Source of the DNA: a virus
Lineage: Duplodnaviria; Caudoviricetes
Strand: one strand, 5' to 3'
Length of the DNA: 64,000 bases
IMG/VR virus record: IMGVR_UViG_3300024275_000002
Span: 982 to 64,981 of that record
Part shown: one piece after another, positions 1-8,835 of the stretch
Layout: each line of letters starts with the position of its first letter
How positions within the stretch are numbered: the stretch's first letter is position 1
The notes under the pieces: model-generated
What the model was told of the DNA's origin: nothing
The model's database searches: none
What the model saw: only the letters and a program-made list of their open reading frames with translations
Translations under genes and position numbers: made by a program

Positions 1-539
1 ACGCGGTCCCAAATGACTTGTGTATGTACGTCAAATAGATCCTTCATCTCCGACAGCATGGCTATCGATTCAGCCGCTTCGCGCGTGCAGCTGGCGGGCA
101 CTTTGTTCAGCACGGCGAGCACAGGCGTGTCCTTACCTTCAGCCCGCAGTTGGGTAATCAGCTTGCCCATCGTGCCGAGCGACCATGTGTCAAACTGACC
201 AGTGGTCACAGGCATGACTATCACGTCGGCCGCAGACGCAGCCCCACGGGTCTCCAGCCCGTCGTCACCCGGGCAGTCCACAATGACTGCATCCCATAGC
301 TTCGCCTCGGCGACCAGATCCTTGTAGATCTTGCCGGACAGATGGGCACGCGCAATGGAAGGCTCGATGCCCGACTCTGCGCGTGTCTGCACCCATGTAT
401 CGGCGCTCTTATTGACAGGATCAGTGTCGATCAGCTTGACGTTGAACCCGCTGCACGCATGTCTAGCCGCTAGGTTCGTCGATATGGTCGACTTGCCAAC
501 CCCACCTTTGCCATTCACTACAGCCACAATTACGCCCAT
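1..539 (-). CDS. parA: ParA/MinD-family partition ATPase (short type), C-terminus runs off the window edge
   Basis: Not in ORF track; manual translation from ATG at 539 gives MGVIVAVVNGKGGVGKSTISTNLAA (deviant Walker A KGGVGKST), LIDTDP and VIVDCPG (Walker B); RBS GGAGGG upstream. Confidence 0.92.
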   Translation of the reverse strand, partial: MGVIVAVVNGKGGVGKSTISTNLAARHACSGFNVKLIDTDPVNKSADTWVQTRAESGIEPSIARAHLSGKIYKDLVAEAKLWDAVIVDCPGDDGLETRGAASAADVIVMPVTTGQFDTWSLGTMGKLITQLRAEGKDTPVLAVLNKVPASCTREAAESIAMLSEMKDLFDVHTQVIWDR

Positions 540-569
540 GTTTCCCTCCGTCAAGTTATGGGTCGAGCG

Positions 570-660
570 GTCAGTATAGCACACGATAACTACAGGTGTA
601 ACTAGACGTGTATGTACGTCATAGATACGTCTGTATGTATCGATATGTCTGAGTATATAT
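570..660 (-). promoter_or_regulatory. parA promoter with repeat-rich tract
   Basis: Minus strand reads TGC-TATACT (extended -10); TGTAACTAG box at 597-604 overlaps the -35 position; GACGT-N6-ACGTC dyad 605-620; GTATGT-like repeats to about 660. Confidence 0.5.
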
Positions 661-978
661 GTGTGTCTTTATTGCAAGCTATAGGGCCGATGTTATGCGG
701 GGAGGGAAGGGCGGCTAGGAGCGTTAGTTGCAATTGAAGAATATATGTCAAACACCGGAGGTTAGGGCAGGGCGTCGGTGCCTCCCCGTGTGGACAAGCC
801 CGCTGCCCCCACCACAAGGGCGGGGACAGCCGCTACGCGGTCCCGGCCTTGACCACACTCGAACCTGACGCGCGCTGCGCGCTTGCCCCAATGAGAGAGA
901 AAGTCAAAGGCAGAAAAGCGTATGAACCAGATCAAGAGGGAAATTCCCGGAAACCCCTTATTCCATATAGAGGTCTAT

Positions 979-1036
979 GCAAAAATTTGCTAACACTTCG
1001 GCAAAATTTTGCCGAAACTTGCCTAAAAATTAGGCA
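979..1036. other. Cluster of palindromes upstream of rep, candidate plasmid origin or Rep-binding sites
   Basis: GCAAAAATTTGC (979-990), perfect 20-bp palindrome TTCGGCAAAATTTTGCCGAA (997-1016), TGCCTAA-AAA-TTAGGCA (1020-1036). Confidence 0.5.
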
Positions 1037-1147
1037 CCAATTCATGTAAACCCTCATGTCGGATTTATGCAAAAACTCGCGTTGATTGCAGCATTGATCG
1101 GTGCTTAAATTTCGGCTACGATACGTCCCGAACTCGTCGGAGGACTT

Positions 1148-1618
1148 ATGGCTACCGTGTTCAAGGGCAGTCGCCGCCTGCAGGATCTTGAGACGGGCGA
1201 AGTGCTTGACACACAACTCGTTGAGAAAACTGTCGGCGATGTCGGCTTCCACAAGATATGGCTGCATGAAATCCTTGATCTCGTCGACGAGGTGGGCAAT
1301 GCGAAGATGGTCGTGTTGATGTGGCTGCTGTCGCATGCCGATGCGCAGAACAAGATCTTTGCGACCGGGCGCGAGATTGCCGAAGGGGCGGGCACCAGCC
1401 CGCGTACTGTCACGGCGTTGATGGCCAAGTTGCAGGAAGCGAATATCATCACGAAGGTGCGGTATAGCGTGTGGCGGCTGAACCCCGACGTGATCTTCAA
1501 GGGCGACCACAACAAGCGCATGGCCGTCCTGATTCGCTACAGGGACGAGACGCAGGCTGACCTGTTCGACGAAGCACCTGCACCTGCAACTAAACCGCAT
1601 CTGAAGCGTGTAGCCTGA
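1148..1618 (+). CDS. repL: RepL-like plasmid replication/maintenance protein (winged HTH)
   Basis: 156 aa; HTH segment ATGREIAEGAGTSPRTVTALMAKL followed by WRLNPDVIFKG, typical of the RepL family; RBS GGAGGA. Confidence 0.75.
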   Translation: MATVFKGSRRLQDLETGEVLDTQLVEKTVGDVGFHKIWLHEILDLVDEVGNAKMVVLMWLLSHADAQNKIFATGREIAEGAGTSPRTVTALMAKLQEANIITKVRYSVWRLNPDVIFKGDHNKRMAVLIRYRDETQADLFDEAPAPATKPHLKRVA

Positions 1619-1782
1619 TGACTTCCACTCAAGTTTTCCTGCAGTACCTCGCCACGAGCGCCGGCTTCAAGCAGTTCGTAGCCAAGGGGCTGATGTGTGG
1701 CGGTGGCCGCACGTCATGGACCTACGCGGAGTGGCTGGCCATACATCGTCCCGACATCACCCCGCCGGAGAAGGCGTCGTGA
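1618..1782 (+). CDS. Small hypothetical protein (54 aa)
   Basis: TGATG overlap with rep stop and overlap with next start; MTSTQVFLQYL. Confidence 0.5.
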   Translation: MTSTQVFLQYLATSAGFKQFVAKGLMCGGGRTSWTYAEWLAIHRPDITPPEKAS

Positions 1783-2102
1783 AGATCGATCCGCGCGAGC
1801 GCATCGAGCTGGAGCACGCGCAGCGTATCTGCACGGCGAACGGCTACATCCACTACCGCCGGTTCCCGTCCGGCCGCGACGCGGCGATCTGCAAGCTCAT
1901 GTACACGTGGGCGATCTACGCGGATCTCACCGCGTGGGGCTACGGCGATCGCTGGTGCTTCAGCAGCTACGCGAAGGCGCTCACGGCGCTCGCTGAGTGG
2001 GATGGCGCAGACGACACGGAACCGCAGGGCTGGCACCGGCACCCGGACAGCGGCCGGCGTCGCGAAGATGGCGATCCTGCCCGCGAGACCGTCAACTTCT
2101 GA
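1779..2102 (+). CDS. Phage hypothetical protein
   Basis: GTG start overlapping previous stop; Trp-rich GYGDRWCF...GWHRHP. Confidence 0.65.
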   Translation: MKIDPRERIELEHAQRICTANGYIHYRRFPSGRDAAICKLMYTWAIYADLTAWGYGDRWCFSSYAKALTALAEWDGADDTEPQGWHRHPDSGRRREDGDPARETVNF

Positions 2103-2115
2103 AATCGGAGCGAGC

Positions 2116-2382
2116 ATGACCGAGAAGGTAAGCCTCACGAAGGAGATGCTGGAGCGCATCGACCGCGACTCCGACGTCCTGGCCCAAGCCGCTCAAATCG
2201 TTGCGCGCCTGCGGCCCGAACTGATCGAGCTGGCCAAGCGGCGCAGCGAGGCGTTCGAGCACGATGAGGGTTCGGCCAACTTCCTCGTCACCGCGATGCA
2301 CGACCTGCTTGGCGATCTCGCCGAGCACTTGGCCGAGGGATCGCGCCGTGGCTACGCGTACCTGAACAGCCAGCGCCATTGA
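2116..2382 (+). CDS. Hypothetical protein
   Basis: RBS GGAG, MTEKVSL; helical composition. Confidence 0.6.
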   Translation: MTEKVSLTKEMLERIDRDSDVLAQAAQIVARLRPELIELAKRRSEAFEHDEGSANFLVTAMHDLLGDLAEHLAEGSRRGYAYLNSQRH

Positions 2383-2535
2383 TGCGTTAGTAACTATTAT
2401 GTCAAGTCATTTCGACACGTGTAACAAACTGAAGATTCATGTACACTGAGGACTGCAAGCGATTTGGTCTCTCTTGCATTGCCAACCCCGCTCCCCCCGG
2501 GGCGGGACCATTGGCCCCCGTGTGGTAAGTTAAGC

Positions 2536-2568
2536 AGGGCAGCCTCCCAAGGGGCTGCCCTCTTTTTT
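2536..2568 (+). terminator. Rho-independent terminator
   Basis: AGGGCAGCC...GGCTGCCCT stem then CTTTTTT, at the convergence with the minus-strand operon. Confidence 0.85.
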
Positions 2569-2572
2569 GCCT

Positions 2573-2773
2573 TCACCAGTTGCCGCCCGCCGTGTCCGCG
2601 TCGCCGAAGGCGCACGGGCCACACAGCTGCGTGGGGTGAACCGTAGGCGTGCAGCCGCAGCACAAACACGGCGTATGCCAGTCCTTGTCGCCGTCCTCGC
2701 TCGGCGCGACCTGCTTGCCGGCGTCGCGCTCCTGCTGCATGAACTGGTAGCCTTGCTGACGCTTCTGGATCAT
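2573..2773 (-). CDS. Small Cys-rich hypothetical protein
   Basis: MIQKRQQ...CLCCGC...CGPC; start overlaps stop of upstream gene. Confidence 0.55.
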   Translation of the reverse strand: MIQKRQQGYQFMQQERDAGKQVAPSEDGDKDWHTPCLCCGCTPTVHPTQLCGPCAFGDADTAGGNW

Positions 2774-3084
2774 CACAGCCTCCCTGTCCGCAGATCGTCC
2801 AGCACCGCCTGAACGTCGTCGGCCGGCTCCTGCAGGCGGTCCTCGACAAGCTTGGCGTAGCCGATGATATCGTGCCAGTTGTCGAGGTAGTTCGGGTCGC
2901 CGTTCACGATGCGCGCCATCTTGTCCGCAATGACCTCCAGCGCCTGCTTCTGGTCGTCGGCCAGCCGCTCCCACCCGGGGTGCTTCCACATCGATCGCTT
3001 GATCGACTGCGCGACGATCGCGTGTTCGCGGAACTTGCCGTAGCGCTCGCCGCGCTGCGCCAGCGTTGCATCGATGTTTCCCAT
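2773..3084 (-). CDS. DUF6378-like phage protein
   Basis: RGERYG...KMARIVNGDPNYLDNWHDIIGYA motif. Confidence 0.75.
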   Translation of the reverse strand: MGNIDATLAQRGERYGKFREHAIVAQSIKRSMWKHPGWERLADDQKQALEVIADKMARIVNGDPNYLDNWHDIIGYAKLVEDRLQEPADDVQAVLDDLRTGRL

Positions 3085-3095
3085 ACGTCACCTCC

Positions 3096-6059
3096 TCAGT
3101 GCATCGTGAAATTGCCTTGGGTGGATGCCGGCTTCGACGGCGCGCCCACGAGCTGCAGGTCCGCGTCGAGCTTGCGGTTATCGATCAGCCAGCAGCGCGT
3201 CTGGCCAGTGCGATACACGGTGTCCGCGCCGAGCACCTTCTGCGCCGCGCGCTTCACGAGAATGCCGGACTCCTCCAGCTGCTTCTCGATCGTGCGGAAC
3301 GCGATGCGGTTCTCGGCGCAATACTTGAGCATGGCGCTGCGCGAGATGTACGTGAGGCCCACGTCGTCCTCCTTGCGCACCTCCATCTCGTCGAGCGGCT
3401 TCTGCACCACGTTGTCGATGTTCGAGCTGGACTTGGCCGACAGGATCAGCGTGTTGCGCAGCTTCGAGTCCAGGAACTGCGCGAGCAGTTCGGCCGGCGT
3501 CGTGCCCGACTCGCGGATCGTCAGGCGCTGGCTCACGAGCAGCTGCACCATCCACTGCAGGTCGTCCTCGAACGGGAAGTCGAGCAGCCCCAGCTCGGCG
3601 CAGATCTGCGCGGCCGTGTAGCAGGCGGCGACGGCCGCCGACCAGTAGCGTTCGGCCGATGCGTTCGACGATGACAGCAGGCGATCGATCTTCTCGACGT
3701 TCTCGATGAAGCGGTCGCGCACCTTGGCGTAGTGCTTGGCGACGTACTGCGCGAACAGCGGGCCGGCGAGCCCGTGGTGCTCGTTCAGCTCGCGCAGGAA
3801 CTGGTCGGCCGCCAGCTTCGCCTCCACGCCCGTGTCGACAAGGCGGAAGTCCACGGAGATGAGACGCATCAGGTGCGGGTCGAGATCCTTGCCTGTGGCC
3901 ATCATCGCGGAGATCGTGTCGGCGTTCGTCGTCATCGCGCCCATGGTGGCCCACGTGTCGAACCGCGAGGACATGATGCCGTCGTGCTGCAGCCGGCGCT
4001 TGCCTTCGCCCTGCGTGAAGTTCAGCAGGAACTTGCGCAGATCCTCGTTCTCGCGCTCGGTCACGTCGTCGATCAGGAACGGCAGCGAGTGCACGCAGCC
4101 CAGCGCCGAGTACAGCGCGTTGATCGTCGCGCCGTCCTTGTTGCCGTTCACCAGCAGCGACATCGGGTGCCCCCACACGCTGCTCATCGCCTTCAGGCAG
4201 GAGGTCTTGCCACGGCCGCTCGCGCCGCTCGCGCAGAACAGCACGCCGTTGTTGCCGGTGTCGTTCATGTGGAACAGGATCGAGCCGAACGAGTGGTAGA
4301 GGAACATGCGGTGCCCCTCGTAGCCCGGCCGGTTATAGAACGACATCGCGCGCTTCCAGCCCCCGAGCGTGCCGGTCGGCTTGAGCTTGCCCTTGGTGAC
4401 GTTCGCGACCGCATCGCTGGGCGAATGCGCCACTACTGTCCCGTCTTGATGCACGACACGATCGCCGAGCACGAACACCTTGTGCTCATCGTGCCACCCG
4501 AGGCGTTCGTACAGCTTCTCGCGCCCGGCCTCGCGGGCGAGCTTCTGCAAGTAGGCGGTCATATAGAGCTGCGTCATTTTGGATTGGTCCCCGCCGAGCA
4601 CGATGCCCTTCGAGAACAGGAGCTTGGCCAGACCCTTCGGGTCAGCCAGCAGGCCGAGCGGCACCGCGAAGTCACGCGGCTCCGGCGGTGCGCCCTTCTT
4701 CAGCGGCAGGTACACCCGCCACATGCTGCGCTCATCGATCTCCTGATCGATGCCGTTCTGCGCGCGGATCGCGAGCGGAAACAGATCGTAGGGGCACACG
4801 ACCTGCTGGCGCGGCCGGCCCTCGTTGTCCTCGGTCTCGATGATGACCGCGCCATCCTTGCGGCGCTTGTAGCCGGCCGGCGGCTCGGGCAGCGTGATCT
4901 CGGTTGGCGCGGCCGGCGCGTCGTCGCTGTTCGGCATCTCGTCGTTCTCGATCGCGACGCTGGGGGCCAGGATCTTCGGCGCGGGTACCGCCTCCACGTG
5001 GCGGCCGAGCTGGGCCGGCGACGTGAGCTTCGTCCAGTGCGGGCATGCTTCGCACACCGAACTATTCAGGGCGTGAAAATGATCGCATCGGGTCGGACCA
5101 GCGTGCCAGTTATTGATCTTCTCGACCATCGCGTTCGTGCTGAAGTCCGCGTGCCGATCGGACACGGACAGGCCCGCGAGCGTGCGCGGTTCGCAGAACT
5201 TGACGATGCCCAGCGACGCGCGCCACAGGGGCTCGCTGGCGCGGCTCCCATGCGTGGCGACCATCGCGCCGAGCTGGCCGCACGAAAAGACGATCCGGTC
5301 GAAATTCAGCGGATCGTTCGTGGTGCCGATGTTGTCCATGCCCTCCCACACGCCCGTGGCGGGCCTGCTGCCACCGAGGATGAGCGTAGGTGCCACCGAT
5401 GGCACGCGTGCCCCGTGGTCGGCCGCGTAGTCGGTCACGCGGTGGGAGAAGTCGACGAAGCTGACCACGCCGGCATCGCGGAGCACGCTTACGGGCGCAT
5501 TACGTCGGACGTTATAGCTGCCCGGCACCCGCAGCACGCGGGCCTGATCGGCCGGGACAGCCATGTCGGTGCGGAACCCCTCGGCCACGCAGATCGCCTT
5601 CAGGCGGTCGGCCACCGGCCGCCACTCGGCGACGGGCACCGCGATCGCCAGCGCCCAGTACGCGTGAATGCCGCCGCCTGAGTCGACCAGCATCGGCTGC
5701 GGCAGGCCGACCTTCTTGTAGAACGCCTTCAGCTCGCGCACCGCGTCGCGCTTGCTGGGAAACTTCTTCGGGTCAGTCGGGTCGACGTCGAGGTCCAGAT
5801 AGAAAGACCGCATGAACGCGACGTTGGCTTGCGTGCGCGTGCGGTACTTCTGCTTCTCGGCGTCCCAGTAGCGCGCCTCTTTGTACGTGCCCAATGCAAC
5901 GTACGCCGGCTTGCCCTCGAAGGTCAGGTGGTTGACGTGCGCGAGTGCGCTGTCGATGGTGGTGTGCGCGCGGTTGAACCAGCCACGCTCGGCGGGCGTG
6001 GCGATGAAGATGGTCCCCGAAGGAGCCAATACCTTTTCGAGGAATTCCCGCGTTGTCAT
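3096..6059 (-). CDS. Primase-helicase fusion (N-terminal AEP/RepB-like primase, C-terminal DUF927-type P-loop domain)
   Basis: YLDLDVD and SGGGIHAYW primase motifs; Cys/His cluster CDHF..C..CPH; Walker A GASGRGKT; likely start MTTREFL at 6059. Confidence 0.85.
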   Translation of the reverse strand: MTTREFLEKVLAPSGTIFIATPAERGWFNRAHTTIDSALAHVNHLTFEGKPAYVALGTYKEARYWDAEKQKYRTRTQANVAFMRSFYLDLDVDPTDPKKFPSKRDAVRELKAFYKKVGLPQPMLVDSGGGIHAYWALAIAVPVAEWRPVADRLKAICVAEGFRTDMAVPADQARVLRVPGSYNVRRNAPVSVLRDAGVVSFVDFSHRVTDYAADHGARVPSVAPTLILGGSRPATGVWEGMDNIGTTNDPLNFDRIVFSCGQLGAMVATHGSRASEPLWRASLGIVKFCEPRTLAGLSVSDRHADFSTNAMVEKINNWHAGPTRCDHFHALNSSVCEACPHWTKLTSPAQLGRHVEAVPAPKILAPSVAIENDEMPNSDDAPAAPTEITLPEPPAGYKRRKDGAVIIETEDNEGRPRQQVVCPYDLFPLAIRAQNGIDQEIDERSMWRVYLPLKKGAPPEPRDFAVPLGLLADPKGLAKLLFSKGIVLGGDQSKMTQLYMTAYLQKLAREAGREKLYERLGWHDEHKVFVLGDRVVHQDGTVVAHSPSDAVANVTKGKLKPTGTLGGWKRAMSFYNRPGYEGHRMFLYHSFGSILFHMNDTGNNGVLFCASGASGRGKTSCLKAMSSVWGHPMSLLVNGNKDGATINALYSALGCVHSLPFLIDDVTERENEDLRKFLLNFTQGEGKRRLQHDGIMSSRFDTWATMGAMTTNADTISAMMATGKDLDPHLMRLISVDFRLVDTGVEAKLAADQFLRELNEHHGLAGPLFAQYVAKHYAKVRDRFIENVEKIDRLLSSSNASAERYWSAAVAACYTAAQICAELGLLDFPFEDDLQWMVQLLVSQRLTIRESGTTPAELLAQFLDSKLRNTLILSAKSSSNIDNVVQKPLDEMEVRKEDDVGLTYISRSAMLKYCAENRIAFRTIEKQLEESGILVKRAAQKVLGADTVYRTGQTRCWLIDNRKLDADLQLVGAPSKPASTQGNFTMH

Positions 6060-6079
6060 GTGAGCCCCGTCAGGGTGGG

Positions 6080-6433
6080 TCAGGCGGCGATCGGCTTGGG
6101 CTGCGGCTTGTGCGTGCGCACCACGCGCTGCATTGCCTTGCATCGTTCTTTCACGGTGCCGGCAAGCGGCAGATCCTTGGCACGCTTAGCCTTGCGAAGG
6201 ATCGTGATGAGGCGCTTGATCTTGATGATCTTGTCAGCGTCGCGCGGGCGCGCTTCGCCGTACATCCAGCGATAGATCGTCACGTCTGAGACGCTGAGCA
6301 GTTCAGCGACGACCTCGACCGGTACGTTGCCGTCGATGATGAGTTCCGCCAGCGTCGGACCCAGGGCGTCGGGGTCGGCGATGCGCGCCTCGGCGATTTG
6401 CTTGAGCCGGGCGTCCGTCAAGATGCGAGTCAT
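6080..6433 (-). CDS. HTH DNA-binding protein (Cro/XRE-like)
   Basis: VEVVAELLSVSDVTIYRWMYG helix-turn-helix. Confidence 0.75.
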   Translation of the reverse strand: MTRILTDARLKQIAEARIADPDALGPTLAELIIDGNVPVEVVAELLSVSDVTIYRWMYGEARPRDADKIIKIKRLITILRKAKRAKDLPLAGTVKERCKAMQRVVRTHKPQPKPIAA

Positions 6434-6486
6434 GGAAGGTCTCCAGTGGTACTAAAGGGCGCGCGTGGGGGCGCGCCCGGCGAATA

Positions 6487-7719
6487 TTACTCGGTCTCGT
6501 CGTCCCAATCGTCGAGGAGAGAACTCACGCCGTCGCCAGCGGAGGCGGTTTCCACCACGGTCGGCTCAGGCGTCGGAGCCGGCGCAGCTGCGGCCGTTTC
6601 CTTCGGCTTACGCGTTGCCTTCGGCTTGCTCGTCGCGGCCGGCGTCGGAGCCGGTGCTGCCGCTGCCGGCGTTTCCGTGTCACCCCAGTCGGCGTCACCC
6701 TCCGACTCGGCTGCAGCCGCCGCTGCAGCTGCCAGACGTTGCGCTTCCGCCGCTGCCGCTGCCGCAGCTTCCGCCGCGCGCTGGGCCGCCGCCTTCGCCT
6801 CGGCCTTCTTCGCCGCAGCCTGCGCCTGCTTCGTGGCCTCGGCCGCCGCCGCTGCCGCTGCCTGCTCGCGCGCTGCCGAGTCGGCTGCATCGTCGTCATC
6901 GTCGTCGCCACCCGCTGCCGGCGCAGTCGGGATGCCCGTCATGCCGTCCGTGGCCGGAACGCCGTTGAGGATCTTGTCGATCACCTCGGCCTTCTCCTTC
7001 AGCACGGCCTTCGTGACTTCCGACTCGGTGTCGTCCAGCCAGCGTGATGCCTTGAACAGCAGCTTCGGGTACGGCGTGTCGTCGAACTTCACGATCGTCT
7101 CGACCATGCCGGTGTACGTCACGCCGCGCTGACGCAGGAAGTCCACGTACTGATCCCACGCGTACCAGCCTTGAGCGTTCTGCTTGGCCGCTTCCTTGTC
7201 CCACAGGCTCGTCTGCGGCAGCTTCAGCAGCATCGGCGGATGCTTGCCGATCTTGTCGCCGGACGGCACCACGGCAAGCCGCTTGTTGGCCGTGCACAGC
7301 GTCGTCGCCTTGTTGTCGTCGGTGATCTTCGAACCCTTGATCGCGTTCGGGCAGCTCGCGCACGTCGGGGCGCACGGCTCCTTGATCGAGGCGTCCGGCT
7401 TCTCGCCGTCCAGCGACGAGCAGATCGGTGCCTTGTTCTCGCCGTCCACGTACGGGCCGTAGTAGGCGCGGCTGCGGTTCGCGCGTGCGTTGAGCACGAC
7501 GAGGTTGATGATACGCACGCCGATGCGCTCGCCGGGGTTTTCCTTGTCGGGGCGTGTCACCAGCTTCTTCTCGCCATTCAGGACCGTGTACCAGTCCTTG
7601 CCCGGGAACACGAGCTGGTCGGTGGTGTTGCGCGCTGCGATGTTGGCCAGTTCGCCGAAGGCGGCCTGGATGTGCGCCGGCATTGCTGCGCTGGCGTCGA
7701 ACGGAATGATGTTAGCCAT
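6487..7719 (-). CDS. Putative single-stranded DNA-binding protein
   Basis: Position in the replication module; beta-rich N-terminus, Ala-rich linker, acidic tail LLDDWDDETE. Confidence 0.6.
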   Translation of the reverse strand: MANIIPFDASAAMPAHIQAAFGELANIAARNTTDQLVFPGKDWYTVLNGEKKLVTRPDKENPGERIGVRIINLVVLNARANRSRAYYGPYVDGENKAPICSSLDGEKPDASIKEPCAPTCASCPNAIKGSKITDDNKATTLCTANKRLAVVPSGDKIGKHPPMLLKLPQTSLWDKEAAKQNAQGWYAWDQYVDFLRQRGVTYTGMVETIVKFDDTPYPKLLFKASRWLDDTESEVTKAVLKEKAEVIDKILNGVPATDGMTGIPTAPAAGGDDDDDDAADSAAREQAAAAAAAEATKQAQAAAKKAEAKAAAQRAAEAAAAAAAEAQRLAAAAAAAAESEGDADWGDTETPAAAAPAPTPAATSKPKATRKPKETAAAAPAPTPEPTVVETASAGDGVSSLLDDWDDETE

Positions 7720-7737
7720 GATGTGTACCTCGTGGAG

Positions 7738-8301
7738 TTACGCCGCCAGCTCGGCAGCATTCGGGTTGAAACCAAGCGCCTTGTAAATGCAGCGCAGGTG
7801 AAGCGCCTGCGACAGCGCATCGTCGAGCGCGTTGTGATGCGTGCCGTAGCGTTCCAGCTTCGCGTGCTGCGCGCCCGGCAGGTTCTTCACCGTGCGGTAG
7901 CAGCGCTCCTTGTGCCACGCCCACGGGATCTGCTTGCCGCACACCTTGTACGCAGCTTCCAGCAGGCCCGCATCAAAGCGCGCGCTGTTGCCCCAAAAGC
8001 TCATCGGCCGCGAGCCCCACCAATCGGTGAAGGCATCGAGCGCCAGCGGCAGCGTCACCGCGTCCGGGTGGCTCATCACCATCTGCGCCGCCTCGCCCTG
8101 ATCGCACCAGAACTTGATCGCGCCTGCGTCCGGCCTCATGCCCAGTTCGAGGCACGATTCCAGATCGATCGGCTGGTAGAACAGATCCATGATCGGTTCG
8201 TCGTCGAAGTTGAAAGCAACCGCGCCGATCGACAGGAGCGGGGCGTACGGCTTGGTGCCCATCGTCTCCAGATCGACCATCGCGTTCAATGCGTTTTCCA
8301 T
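7738..8301 (-). CDS. DEDDh 3'-5' exonuclease/exoribonuclease
   Basis: MVDLET, GNSARFD, HNALDDA catalytic motifs. Confidence 0.85.
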   Translation of the reverse strand: MENALNAMVDLETMGTKPYAPLLSIGAVAFNFDDEPIMDLFYQPIDLESCLELGMRPDAGAIKFWCDQGEAAQMVMSHPDAVTLPLALDAFTDWWGSRPMSFWGNSARFDAGLLEAAYKVCGKQIPWAWHKERCYRTVKNLPGAQHAKLERYGTHHNALDDALSQALHLRCIYKALGFNPNAAELAA

Positions 8302-8303
8302 CG

Positions 8304-8747
8304 TCAGTCTCCCTTACGTACGCGCATGACGCGCTCCTCGAACTTGTTGAGCCCGGGCGGCAGAGCGTTATCGTTCGCCGCCATGTAGTTCTTCACCTGC
8401 TGGACCGCGACCCGCCGTTCGAAGAAAACGAACGGGTGCTCTTGCTTGCGCAGCCACGCCTCCCACGCCACGTCATCGGCGATCGACAGCTTCATCGTCT
8501 TGTCCGTGTACGTGGTGCCGTAGACCGTCTTGAAGCCCTGCACCTTCTGCTCGTCGGCCACCTTCAGCAGCAGGTTCTCGATGCGCTCCATGATCCGGTT
8601 GTACTGCGCTTCTTCCTCTGCCCACACCTTCGCGCGAGCTGACTTCTTTTCGCGCGTCTGGACGTACCGCTTCACTAGCTGGTCGGGCGTAAGGGCCGCC
8701 AGCGAAGCGAGGGCCGCCTCGAACCGTTCTTGCATGGTCATGTTCAT
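8304..8747 (-). CDS. Conserved phage replication-module protein
   Basis: RBS GAAGGAG; coiled-coil N-terminus, GFKTVYGT motif. Confidence 0.7.
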   Translation of the reverse strand: MNMTMQERFEAALASLAALTPDQLVKRYVQTREKKSARAKVWAEEEAQYNRIMERIENLLLKVADEQKVQGFKTVYGTTYTDKTMKLSIADDVAWEAWLRKQEHPFVFFERRVAVQQVKNYMAANDNALPPGLNKFEERVMRVRKGD

Positions 8748-8770
8748 TTGGTCTCTCCTTCAGCAACAGA

Positions 8771-8800
8771 TGTAACTAATATGCTCGCAATCCTAACTAA
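8771..8800 (-). promoter_or_regulatory. TGTAACTAA box in the intergenic region upstream of the 8747 operon
   Basis: Exact TGTAACTAA 8771-8779 plus CCTAACTAA at 8792. Confidence 0.6.
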
Positions 8801-8835
8801 ATGCAAACCGGCCGAGTGCGCCGCAGCCCCCGGGT

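Noticed and set aside
997-1016. N15-like linear plasmid telomere site
   Set aside because: No protelomerase recognised in the window and the palindrome is short; cannot be fully excluded for sequence outside the window
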